A stretch of DNA of 53,498 nt, taken from Cyanophora paradoxa CCMP329 (taxonomy: Eukaryota; Plantae; Glaucophyta). Shown piece after piece: positions 1-11,418 of the stretch. The stretch is taken from positions 1-53,498 of the forward strand of contig QPMI01000248.1 of the NCBI GenBank assembly GCA_004431415.1, given 5' to 3'. A program made the translations under genes and the position numbers. The notes under the pieces were generated by a model. It was not told where the DNA came from. It saw nothing but the letters and a program-made list of their open reading frames with translations, and did not search any database. Within the stretch, counting starts at the first letter, position 1. Every line of letters begins with the position of its first letter.

Positions 1-22
1 AGCCTTCGCCGATGCAGACGCC

Positions 23-55
23 ATGACAGCCGCGTTCGCGTCCTTCGCGCAGGCT

Positions 56-98
<43 letters not shown>

Positions 99-2737
99 GC
101 GGGAAGCGTGCGCCCCGCCCTCCCGCGCGGTGCCGCGCGCTGCGGGCTGCTGACGGGGCGGCGCAGCGCGGTACAACGCGCTGGACGATCTTCCGGCGGA
201 GTTCCGCGCTGCGCTGGGCCCGGCGGCCGCGCAGGGCATGGAGCTCTCGAAGGACGCCTCCGGCATGCAGCTCCTCCCCCAGCTCTCCATCGGCGCCGCC
301 ATGGCCGCCGCCGCCGCTGCCGCCGCTGCCGCCGCCGCCGCCGGCGGGTCGAGCGGGGGCGCGGGGGGTAGCCCCGGGGCCGGCGGCAGCCCGGGGAGCG
401 GGGGCGGGACGCCGCCGGTGTCGAACCAGGCCTCGCCGAGCGCCCGCGGGGCGGCCATGATGGCGGCCGCCGCCGCGCCCAAGGCCGCCGTCCCGTCCTT
501 CCCGCCAGCGCCCTCGCGGCGGCGCCCTACATGCCCGGCGGGGGCGCCGGGGCCGGCGGCTCGAGCGGGAACCTGGCCCGCTTCGCCGCGCAGTACGAGG
601 CGCAGGCCGCAGAGCAGCAGGCCGCCGCCGCCGCTGCTGCGGCGGCGGCTGCTGGCGGGGCGGCGCAGGCCCCCCGCGTGGCCGTCCCCATCCGCGAGTT
701 CCAGCCGCGCAGCGCGCCCCGCCCCATGACCTCCGGTGCGCCCCCGCCCGCTCCCGCGCCGCCGGCCCCCGCCTCACGCGCCGCGCGCAGTGGCGGAGGA
801 GGGCGGGCAGCAGGGGACGGGCGCGGGGGCGGCGGCGGCGGCGGCGGCGGGGCTGCAGGCGCAGGCGGCGCTGGCGGCGGCGCAGCACGGGGGGACGACG
901 TACTTCTTCAACCCGACGCAGCAGCTGCCGCCGCAGATGCAGGCGGGGCCGGCGCGGGCGGCGATCACGATGCCGGGGCGGCGGGCCATCTACTCCTACT
1001 TCATGTCCGAGAGCCTGCGGCAGGACCTCGCACGCCAGAACTCCCTCCTCGAGGCGCAGCTCGACCCCGCAGGCGCCCCCGCCCCCGCCCCGCCCCGCCC
1101 CGGCGCCGCGCTGACGGCTCCGCAGACCCGCGCGCGGAGCAGGTGCCGGAGCAGGTGCGGCACTACCACAGCCTCTACCCGCTCGACGACCCCAGCAAGG
1201 CCGACAAGGTGCGGGCCCCCGGGCCCGGGCGGGGCCCCCGGGGCGGGCGGGCAGGCGCCGACGGGCAGCGGCAGATGTCGCGCGTCCTCGGCCTCGCCTC
1301 CTCGTGCTACAAGGCCACCAGCGCCGTGCGCCCCTCCCCCCCCCCCCCCCCCCCCCCTCCCCCCCGCCCCCGCCCCGCCCCGGCCCCGCCGGCCGCCGAC
1401 GGGGCGCAGAGCGACGGGTACGTGTACTGCCTGCGGCGGCTGGACGGGTACCGGCTGGCGATCAACCCGGAGTACGTGGCGCTGGCGGTGGAGGCGTGGA
1501 AGCCGATCCAGCACCCGTGCATCGTACCCCTGCGCGACGTCTTCGTCACCAAGGAGTTCCCCGACGGCCTCCCCGCTCCCTGCTTCCTCTACGACTACTT
1601 CCCGGACGCGGAGACGGTCGAGGAGCGCTTCATGGGGCCCCGGGCCGCCGCCTCCTTCTGCCTGGAGAACACCCTCTGGTCCTTCGTCGCCCAGTCCGTC
1701 TCCGCCCTCCGCGCCATCCACGCCGCCGGCCTCTCCGCCCGCATGATCCACCCCTCCAAGGCGCCCCCGCCCCCGCACCCGCCCCCGCGCGCACCCGGCG
1801 GCGCCGGCGCGGCCGCTGACGGGCCGGCGGGGGCGGCAGATGCTTGTGACGGGGAAGAACCGGATCCGGCTGAACTGCTGCGGGGTGCTGGACGTGCTGA
1901 AGCCGGAGGGCGGCCGGGCGCTGCTGGAGATGCAGAGCGAGGACATCCTCGCGCTGGGGCGCACGATCCTCGCCATCGCCTGCAAGAACGTCAACGCCTT
2001 CCAGAGCCTCCTCAAGTCCCTCGACTACGTCGCCGCCAACTACTCCCCCGACGTCAAGAACTTCCTCGCCATGCTCCTCGCCCGCCCCGCCGGCCTCCCG
2101 GGGCCCAACATCTACGAGCTCTGCGGCATGCTCAACGGCCGCTTCCTCACCGAGATGGAGTCCCTCCACTGGTCCCCGCCCCGCCCCGCCCTGCGCGCGC
2201 GGCCCGGCCCGCCCGCCTAACGGAGGCGGGGGCGGGGGCGGGGACAGCTACGCGGACAACCTGGCGGGGGAGCTGTGCAAGGAGCTGGACAACGGGCGGC
2301 TGCTGCGGCTGCTGGTGAAGCTCGGCTGCGTGAACGAGCGGCCGGAGTACGAGCTGGACCCGCAGTGGTCGGAGACGGGGGACCGGTACCTCCTCAAGCT
2401 CTTCCGCGACTACGTCTTCCACCAGGTGCACGAGGACGACGGGTCGCCCGTCGTCGACTGGGGCCACATCGTCGAGTGCCTCAACAAGCTCGACGCCGGC
2501 GTCGACGAGAAGATCATGCTCATGTCCCGCGACGAGCAGTCCATCCTCATCGTCTCCTACAAGGACCTCAAGCGCTGCCTCGAGGGCGCCTTTGGCGAGC
2601 TCGCCTCCCGCGCCCGCCCCGCGGGGGCCCCCGTCGCGGGCCAGCCCTCCTCCGGCGGGAGCCTCACGGGGGGCGCCTCGAGCACCTCCTCGGCCGCCGC
2701 CCTCGGGCGCTCCGCCTCGGGCGCCCCGCCCCGCTGA
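23..2737 (+). CDS. PAN3: PAN2-PAN3 deadenylase subunit PAN3 (pseudokinase + C-terminal knob), spliced, 7 introns
   Basis: The spliced translation gives [102 protein letters not shown] and [20 protein letters not shown]. Introns: 108-166, 736-790, 1073-1125 (GC), 1209-1274, 1326-1409, 1761-1839 (GC), 2172-2247. The N-terminus is polyQ/polyA with a PAM2-like IREFQP. There is an apparent 1-nt deletion near 500, and the true start may lie upstream of the window. Confidence 0.95.
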
Positions 2738-4382
2738 GCGCGGGCCCCGCGCCGCCCCCGCCCCCGCCGGCGGGCGCGCGCGCACGGTACAGTAGGTAGC
2801 AGCAGCAGCAGACTCAGGTAGACCGCCCCCGGGCGGCTGCAGCGTACTCGGAGTCTCAGGGCAGCCAGCGTCGTAGCGCAGGCGACAGGCAGGCTAGCGT
2901 AGCGTACTAGTCCCCTCAGGTTACATACGTCTCTTTCCCGCGCTTTGGTTTTTCAATCCTTTTCACAGCGTTAGGTATGTTCTAGTACAGGAGGCCCCCC
3001 ATATGTTGCTTGCGTTCGAATTCACGCGACCCTTAGTGCATCCGGTATTCGAATTCCGTCGTCCTCTTCGTAGTGCTATGCAGAGTAGGTATCTGACCGA
3101 GAAGTTTATTCGAAACCGAAATTTGTATCTAAGAAGCCAGTAGCGTTATGCAGGTTTGTGCAAAACGTCAGTGTAGTCGTAGTGGTTTTCAATTCGGTAT
3201 CGTAGTGTGCAGTCACCCAGCATTGTCTTTGCAATTGTGAGCTTCGGAAAACTTCGAAGATATATCGATACGAGGTCGAAGAAGCAACGCAATCAAGCTT
3301 CATCCCGCCAGCCTCAGGGGCCTGGCAGGCTGTCACAGTGTGCCGCCAGGCCTCACTGATCATGATCAGATGCCCTAGCGCGGTGCGAGTGCTCCCCGGT
3401 CGCTCCGGGCCCCGCACGGACCTCCCGCGCTCTGGGCGCGCCTCTGCGCATGCGAACTGCCTGTCTTAGAGCTGCGAACAGCTTTCCGTTCTCAGCGCTT
3501 AGAAATCATGCTATGAGAACACTATATTCTCGCTCTGCAAACGGCCAGCAGTATCTCTGCAATTGGAACACAAGACTTCGGCAGTACTAGTATCTCTTAA
3601 GTTTTCATCTTGGAGAACTGGGGCACCTTCTCCTAGTGTGAGTCAATGATCCGATGATCGATATCCGATTATCATGAGCCTCGGAGGGCTGCCGCAGTGC
3701 TCATGAAGCCCGAGTTCAATTGCAATTAAAGCCCGCGGCCGGGACTCCGGGACCACTGAACTTCGGAAGTCCGACGGTCTAGCCTAGCTAATAGCCTATA
3801 GCTAGTAGTAGATCTCGTGATCGATATATCACGTGCCACGGTGCCCCGCGGCCGCAGTGCACTCCAGTGACTCCACATTGTCCGTGATCATGACCGTCAC
3901 AGTGTGACAGGCCATGATGCCATGATGCACTGAGTTATAATTAAGGGCCGCGGGGGGGGGGGGGGGGGGGCCGCCGGGCCGCGCCTTCAAGGATTCAGAG
4001 GCCGCGGCTTAAAGCCTTGAAGCTTGAAAGGTGCCACGTTGCGTGACGGCCCAGGGGGCCACGCCGTGACGTGCACTGGGCCATGCCACGTGCACCATGA
4101 ACTCGGAAGTCGAAACTTGAAAAACAACCGAGGGGACTCGAAACACATGGATCATGGATCGCTAGGCTACAAATTAATTAAAACTAGCTTGAAACAGCTA
4201 GGCAGGTTCGATTCTTCGAATTACAAACTGGCTACGTGCATACGTATGCTACAGCTATTAATATTTACAGGGTCCTGGACCCGGAGGCGGTTCGGAGCAC
4301 TGAAGCGCCGCGCGGGTGCCCAGCGGGCCCGCGGCCCGACAGTCAGCCGGCAGCTGCGGGCAGCTCATGACCATGAGCGCGA

Positions 4383-6813
4383 TCACAGGTCGACGTCGCC
4401 GCTCGCGCCGGGGTCGCCCCGGCGGGGGGCGGGGCCGGCGGGGGGCGGGGCCGGGGGGCGGGGCCGGGGCGCGGGGGGTAGGATGGAGCGGGAGGCGAGG
4501 AAGGAGCGGACGGCTGCGAGGACGGCCTCGGGCCGCTCCTCGTGCGGCAGGTGCCCGCACCGCGGCACCTCCGCCGCCTCCGAGCAGTACCCCGCCCGCG
4601 ACTCCCCCTGCCCGCCCCCGCCTCGGCCCGCGGCCCGGCGGGGCGGGGCGGGGCGGGCAGGGCGGGCGGGGCGGACGACGGCGCGGGCGGCGGAGGCGAA
4701 GGCGCCGGGCGGAGCGATGCGGTCGTGGCTGCCGGAGAGCAACAGGACGGGTACCTCCACCCGCCGCAGCGCCCCCTCCGTCGCCTCCGTCCGCCGGGGC
4801 GCGCCCCCTGCGCCGGCCTCGGCCCGGGCGGGGCGCGGGGGGACGGTGCGGGGCGGGCGGACGGTGCGGGGCGGGGTGCGGGGCGAGGTCGGCGGCGAGG
4901 GCGCGGACGTGCTCGTAGAGGGCGGCGTCCCAGCCGGCCGCCCGCAGCGGCCGCCGGTACGCCTCCAGCACCTCCCCCGTCGCCTTCCCCTGCGCCCCCG
5001 GCGTCCCGCCTGGCCCGGCGGGGCCGGCGGGGCGGGGCGGGGCGGGCGGACGGGGTCGTAGAAGGCGGCGCGGAGGGCGCGCTCGGCGAGGGCCGGCAGC
5101 AGGCGCACGAGGGCGAGCCCGAGGCGCCGCTGCGCCACCACCGCCCCCGCCACACGCCCGTGCACCCACCCCGCACCGCCCGCACCGCCGCCCCCGCCGC
5201 CCCGCCGGGCCCCGCCTCCGCCCCGCCCCGTCCGCCTCCTCCGGCGGCTCGTCGTGGTCGAGCAGCGGGGCCTGCCAGCACCCTCGCGGCGGCGCTCGCG
5301 GGCGGGGGGCGGGCGGGCGGACGCGGGAGTAGAAGACGGGGGCGAGGAGGACGAGGGCGCGGACGCTGCCGCGCGGGAGCCGCCGGGCGAGGTCCACCGC
5401 GTAGTTCGCCCCCGCCGAGTGGCCCACCTGCGCCCGCCCCGCCTCGCTCCGGCCGCGCGGCGGCGCGGCGCGGGCGGGCGCGCACGAGGACGATGCCGCC
5501 GGGCGGGTTGCTCAGCCCGAGGCGCTCCAGCAGCGCCGCCGTCAGCCTGCGCGCCGGCCGCCTCGCGATCAGCGGGGGCGGGCGGGCGGGCGGGGGGCGG
5601 GCGGCGTGCGGAGAAGGGCGCACTCGGTTGCGCGGTCGCGCGTGTAGCAGTTGCCCGTCTCGACGTCGCAGCGCGTGAGGCCGAAGGCGGGGCGGTCCAG
5701 CGCCAGCGCCCCGGAGCCCGCCGCAGCCAGCTCCCCTTGCACCTCCCGCCACGACCACAGCGATCTACCGCACGGGGAAATGGGGAAACGGGCAACGATC
5801 GATCGGGAGCAGGGCGACGGGTCGCGCGCGCTCGCGGGCGCACGAGGCGAATCCGTGCATAAGCACGAAGACGGGGCCGCTGCCGGCGCCCGGCACGAAT
5901 TTGAAGTGAACATCAGTCCCATCGATCGTCTCGAAGGCGCTGTCGGGGTCGCCCAGCGCGCGGTGCGGCGCAGCGAACTCTTCGGGCACGGGCTCCACGA
6001 CTGTGGGCACGGTCGGGTCCGCGGGCTTCGGCAGGTGCTCGAAGGGCGTCGCGCCGAGCCCGAGCCCCCTGGCCGCCCCCCTGCGCGCGCGTGCTCGGCG
6101 GGGAGGCTGGCGGCGTCGCGAGCGCGCGCGCGCACGGCGGAATTTCCAGAATACGGCGCCGCTGGCACGGCCGAGTGAGGTAGTACAGCCTCCGATCCGG
6201 CGGCTTCAGTCGCGGCGTCGACCTCTTGGGCGCGGGCCTGCGAAAGCGACACGTCGGCAAATTGCAGAGCAGCAACAGACATGCGAGATGATAAAAACGC
6301 GCACTTCTGGGGAGCTGCTGTCACTTCTGGAGCTGCTGGCTCGGGTATGCCCTCAACGCTCGTAGCGCGGTCGCCTTCTTCGCGGTCGCCTAGGAGGCGC
6401 GCCTGCGGCGCCCGCGGCGCCGTTTCGGGGCTTGTCAACAAGGGAGAATCGCTGGAAAACGCAAAGGAGCGTCGAGCGAGCGCCGGCTCGCCCAGGAGGC
6501 TCGAACGCTCCAGCTTCACCGCACGGGAGACGCGGAACGAGGGAGGAGAGACACGAGCAATCGGTTGTACAGAGGGAGTAAATTCCGCGGCAGAGTCGGC
6601 AGCCTCGAGCGCGGCCGCGTTTGCTGGGCCGCACGGCGACGTCCAGACACGTACGCGCTCGGCGAGCGGAGCTGGCGCCGCACGCGGGCCGAGCCCGATC
6701 AAAGCGGCGGCTGAGACGAACATCGCGGCGAGTCGACGTTTGCACGGCTCCCAGGTCTCTTTCGGACTACCCCTTTCCCGGCCCGGGGGAGGAGCGACCG
6801 CCCCGTACATCAT
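4383..6813 (-). CDS. alpha/beta-fold hydrolase (Abhydrolase_1/6-type) with long N-terminal extension, spliced
   Basis: Motifs FVLMHGFAS-SLWSWREV, ALDRPAFGLT, nucleophile elbow GHSAG, LLLSGSHDRIAP and CGHLPHEERPEAV. Stop follows GDVDL at 4383. The start is uncertain (ATG at 6813 or 6723). Confidence 0.85.
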
Positions 6814-7273
6814 GTTCTCAGCGGCCGCGCTGCTTGGACTTCCCCGACAGCTCAGGAGCGCGCCGCCGGCCCTCCAGCAAGGCGCAGTGCGTTCGAGATC
6901 GACCGCAGCCTCGACCGCCCTCCGCCGAGCGAGTGCTCTGCGCACCCAGTTCTCCTTTGGCGTCGTCCGGCCCCCTCGCGAGATGTCGTGCTCATGTTTT
7001 GGCGCCGAGTGCGATTCAGACGCAGTTCTCGGTTCCTTACTGCCAGCTGACGCTCGCCGTAGGCGCGCCAACTCGACGAAAGCCAGCGCCAAGTCGGAGC
7101 CTACGTGCGCCCGCCCAGTAGCGGATGCTCCCAAATACGTGGGATAAGCTCAATGAGCGAGATAAAGAGCGAGGGATGAACTGGGATGTGATAACGCTGC
7201 AGCCCAGCTGGCGCTGGTCAGGCGTCGAGCGTGTCCGCCGCGCCAACGCGTGCGCAGGCGGCGGCCGGCTGTG

Positions 7274-8974
7274 ATGGACGTCCCCGGGGTCGTCGACGGC
7301 GGCTTCCTCGACGTAGGCGACGGCGTCAAGCTGCACTACGTCACTTCGGGGGAGCGCGGCGCCCGCAACGGCCTCATGCTATTCCTCCACGGGTTCCCCG
7401 AGTTGTGCGCGCCTCCAAGACTCGCCCCTGCTCCGCCCTTCCGACGCCGACGCGTACGCGCGCGGGGCAGCCACTTCTCGTGGCGCGAGCAGATGCAGGA
7501 GTTCTCCGAGGACTACTACTGCGTCGCGTGCGCCTCGAGCGCCCCGCGCCGCGCCCGCGACCCCCCCCTTCTGACTCTCCGCGTCGGCTGCAGCGTGGAC
7601 ATGCGGGGCTACTACACCTCGTGCGCGCGGCGGCCCGAAGCCTATCGCGCCGGCCGGCCGGCGGCGCGCGGGGCGGCCTCGGCCGAGGGCGCGGGGCTGG
7701 GCGCAGGTCGAAGCCGGAGGGGGTGGAGGCGTACGACATGGAGCTGCTGGTGCGGGACGTGCGGCGGGCGGTCGAAGCGCTGGGCTTCCAGAGCTGCACC
7801 CTCGTCGCCCACGACTGGGGCGGCGTCATCGCTTGGATCGCTGCCTACAGGCGCACACCGGCCCCCGCCCCGCGCCGGCCCCGCCGCCGCGCCGGATGCG
7901 CGCAGCCGACTCCTGGGCGGGGCGGGGCGGGCAGGCACCCGGAGGTGGTGCGGAGGCTCGTGAACATGAACATCCCGCACCCGGCCCTCTTCGACCCCGC
8001 CTCCCCCAACTTCACCTGGAGGCAGTACCTCAAGAGCTACTACATCCTCATGTTCCAGATCCCTGCGCGCCCCCCTCCCGCCCCGCCCCGCCCCGCCCCG
8101 CCCCGCCCCGCTCCGGAGCCACTGCTGACCCGGCCCCCGCAGTCCTTCCCCGAGGTCCGGGTACCCTGCCGGCGCCGCGGGGCCGCCGCCGACCTGCGCC
8201 CAGTGGCTGCTCGCCCGCGACAACTACGTGGCCGTCGAGGGCATCTTCCGCGAGCCCGGTGCCCCGCGCCCCCCGCCCCGCGCCCGCGCCCGCTGCCTCG
8301 CTCGAGCCGGCTGCCGCGGCAGCCATCGACAAGACGAAGTTCTCGGATGAGGTGACGGCCGCCGCCGCGCGCGCGGGAGCTGCGGGGGGCGGGCGGGGAG
8401 CGAGGGGCGGGCCCGGGCAGGTGCTGGAGGCGTACCGGCACGCCTGGTCCCAGCCGGGCGCCCTCACCGCCATGATCAACTACTACCGCGCCGTCCGCCC
8501 CGCCCCGCCCCGCCCCGCCCCGCCCCGCCCCGCCCGGCCTCTTACACACTGCCGCCGCTGCAGGCATGGAAGAAGCTGAGGGGGCCCCCCAGCGACGAGT
8601 TCAAGCAGGTCCTCACGGTGCGACGCGGCGCCCCCCGCGTCCGCTTTGCTGAGCGCGGCGCGCCACTCTCCGGTCCGGCGCCGGCTCGAGCTAACTCGCG
8701 GCGCACAGGTCCCCACTCTCTTCATCTGGGTGCGCATGCGCCGGGCCGCAAGAGGGCTGCGCCGGGGCCCTGGGGAGCAGGCTGACGGGGGCGGCGGCGG
8801 GGCGGGCAGGGGGAGGAGGACCAGGCGCTGTCGAAGGAGCTGACGTACGGGACGGAGCGCTTCGTGCGGGACCTGACGCTGCACTACGTGCCTCGCTGCA
8901 GCCACTGGGTGCAGCAGGAGCAGCCCGAGACCGTCAACCGCCTCATGCGCCAGTGGCTCGCCTCCCGCCCCTAG
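7274..8974 (+). CDS. Epoxide hydrolase (EPHX3/4-like alpha/beta hydrolase), spliced
   Basis: Motifs LMLFLHGFPE, VAVDMRGY, VAHDWGG, lid tyrosines KSYYI and INYYRA, PTLFIWGEEDQAL and CSHWVQQEQPETVN. Includes a 12-nt microexon at 8143-8154. Confidence 0.92.
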
Positions 8975-9478
8975 CTTGCGAAGAATCGCCCAGCCGCGAG
9001 CCGAACCGGTGTCATTCAGGAAGCGCGCAATCAGAAGCGAGAAAAGAGCTGCCCGGCGGGCCGGCCGAGCGCTGAATCGCATATCCGAGCGACCGGGAGT
9101 TGCAGACGAGGCGGCTGGTGAAGCTGCGCAATCGACCGAATCGGCGGGCGCAATCGCAATCGGCGCGGCGGGAAATTCGGCAGCTGGATATCGATATCGA
9201 TCCTCATCTGCGCCGAAATCAGCCGCCTCAGTGTGGTTCGCCTCGCGCGCTGGGCCGTTGGGAGCCGCTGAGTGCCACAAGCGGCAAGCGCGGCATCGAT
9301 ATCGCCGTGGTTCGGCACGCGCGCGGGTGACCACCCGGCGCAAAGCGGCGTCGCGACGGCGAGCGCAGCGTCGCACCTCGAGCGGCGCGGCGCGCACCGG
9401 CCGCCGCACTCCGCCGAGACTGAGGACTCCGACATCGACGACCCCCACAAGGCCGGAGCGGCCGGGGGCGCTCATAGA

Positions 9479-11146
9479 ATGCCACCGCTTCCGAACAGAT
9501 CGGTGTGGATGAGCCGGCGGTGCCTGCCGGCGCTGGCGCTTGTGGCGCTGGTGTGCGTGTGGGTCGCGGTGCGGGTCGACCTGAACCTGGTGGAGATCCC
9601 CGCGCTGCCGGCGTTCTTCCAGCCCGTGTGGGACGGCGAGCCGCTGCCGTCGCACCGCGCGCGCGCCGAGGGCGGCGCCGGCTTCGAGTCGTACCTGACG
9701 GTGTGCACACTGGTGAAGAACGAGGGGCGGTACCTGCGTGAGTGGGTCGAGTTCCACCGCCTCGTCGGCGCCACCCGCTTCGACGTCTACGACGACGGGC
9801 CCGCCCCTCTCCCGCCCGCCCCGCCCCGCCCCGCGCGAGCCGAGCGGCGGGGGCGGCAGGTCGACGGACGGGACGGCGGAGCTGCTGCGGCAGCTCGGGG
9901 CGGGGGCCGGCGACGTGCGGCGCATCGCGTGGCCCCCAGCGCCCGAGGCCGGCAACCTCGACCCCGCCTCCGACTTCTCCTCCCAGGCCCGCCCCGCCCC
10001 CGCCCCCCGCCGCCTCTCCTCGCCATGGCCGACGCGCGGCCGCAGGCGGAGGCGGAGGAGTACGCGCGCCGGCTCGCCACCTGCCGCCGCCGCGACGCCA
10101 AGGAGCACTTCCAGGCCCCATGCCAGGCCCGCCGCCACGCCCCGCGCCCCCTCCGCGCGGCCGCCGCCGACGGGGGCGGGGCGCAGCTGGCGGCGTTCAG
10201 CCACTGCGTGGCCCGGCACCGCACCCGCTCCCGCTGGGTCGGCATCTTCGACGGCGCGCCGCCCCGCCCCGCCCGCCCCGCCCGCGCACCCGGGCGAGCC
10301 CCGCGCGCAGTGGACGAGTTCATCTTCCCGCGCCGGCGCCGCCGGGGCGGCCCCTCCGCACCTTCCGCGACGTGCGCGCCGCCGGGCGGCCGGGCCCCGC
10401 GCGGGGCGGCGCGGGGCGGGACGGGTGGGGACGGGGACGGGGCCGGCAGGTGCTGGAGCCGGCGGGGGGCGAGGCGCCGGAGGGGATCGCCATCGAGGGC
10501 CTCGTCTTCGGCGCCTCGGGCCGCCAGGAGGCGCGCCCATCTTCCCCCGCCCCGCCCCGCCGCGTCGCGTCGCTGACGTGCGTGTGTGGCAGCCGCCGCC
10601 GCCGGGGGTGACGACCCTCGAGGCGTACCAGCGCCGCGCCCCCGCCGCCTACGGCCGCGAGGTCCCCCGCCCCTCCTCCCCTCTCCTTCGCCCTCGCCGG
10701 GGGCCGAGGGGCGGGGGCGGGGGCGGGGGGGGCAGGGCCTGCTGGGGCGCTTCATGGACCCGCCGGCGAAGTCGCTGTTCGACCCGCGGGCGGTGGCGCG
10801 GGCGCTGGTGCACCGGCACGCGTACGTCCCGGGCTCCCGCGTCTACCGCGTCCCCGCCGAGGCCGGCGTCATCCGCTACTTCCACTTCCAGGCCCGCCCC
10901 CGCGCCCCCCCGCCCCCGCGGCGCGCCGACGCCGCGGCGCGCTGACGGGCTCGCGCGCAGTACAAGTCGATGGCGGAGGCGCGGGCGAAGGCGGAGGCGA
11001 ACGGGAACCCGAAGGTGGCCCTCACGGCGGAGAAGGACGCGGCGCTCTCCGCCGTCCCCGACGCCACCGCCGCCGTCTTCCTGCCCCTCCTCCGCGCCCG
11101 CCTCGCCCAGCCCCTGCCCCCGGACCCCGGGCCCGCCCAGGAGTAG
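9479..11146 (+). CDS. GT-A glycosyltransferase, GT92/DUF23-like, type II membrane protein, spliced
   Basis: N-terminal TM (LPALALVALVCVWVAV). Motifs YLTVCTLVKNEGRYLREWVEFHRLVG, VYDDGSTDGT, QLAAFSHC, WVGIFDVDEFIFP (DxD) and HFQYKS. Confidence 0.85.
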
Positions 11147-11418
11147 CAGGAGTAGCCGCGGGGAGCCTTGGCTTCCCCGCGCTCGTTTCCGTTTTGCAGC
11201 TGCCCCGCCATTCAGTTCCCCCGCCATTTAGTTCCCCCGCTTTTTTTGCTGCGAGTACTAGTCTAGTGGAAACTCGAACATGCAAAAGCAGAGTGGGCGG
11301 AAGCAGCGAGGCTGGCGCTCGAGGCCGAGCGACGGCGGGCAAAAGGACGGGACGAGGAAGGAGGGACGGGGAGCAGGGGGGGCGGGGGCGGCGGGGGGCG
11401 GGAGCGGCGGGGGCGGGG

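Noticed and set aside
53-97. CAG repeat as a standalone microsatellite feature
   Set aside because: It encodes the polyQ tract in the PAN3 N-terminus and is ordinary low complexity.
495-530. Frameshift in the PAN3 5' region suggesting a pseudogene
   Set aside because: One missing C in a C-run restores [12 protein letters not shown] and the rest of the gene is intact, so this is probably a sequencing error.
2920-3105. AT-richer block after PAN3 considered as a snRNA, snoRNA or solo LTR
   Set aside because: I could not match U1-U6, U3, SRP, MRP or tRNA motifs, and found no LTR partner. An Rfam/Infernal search would be needed.
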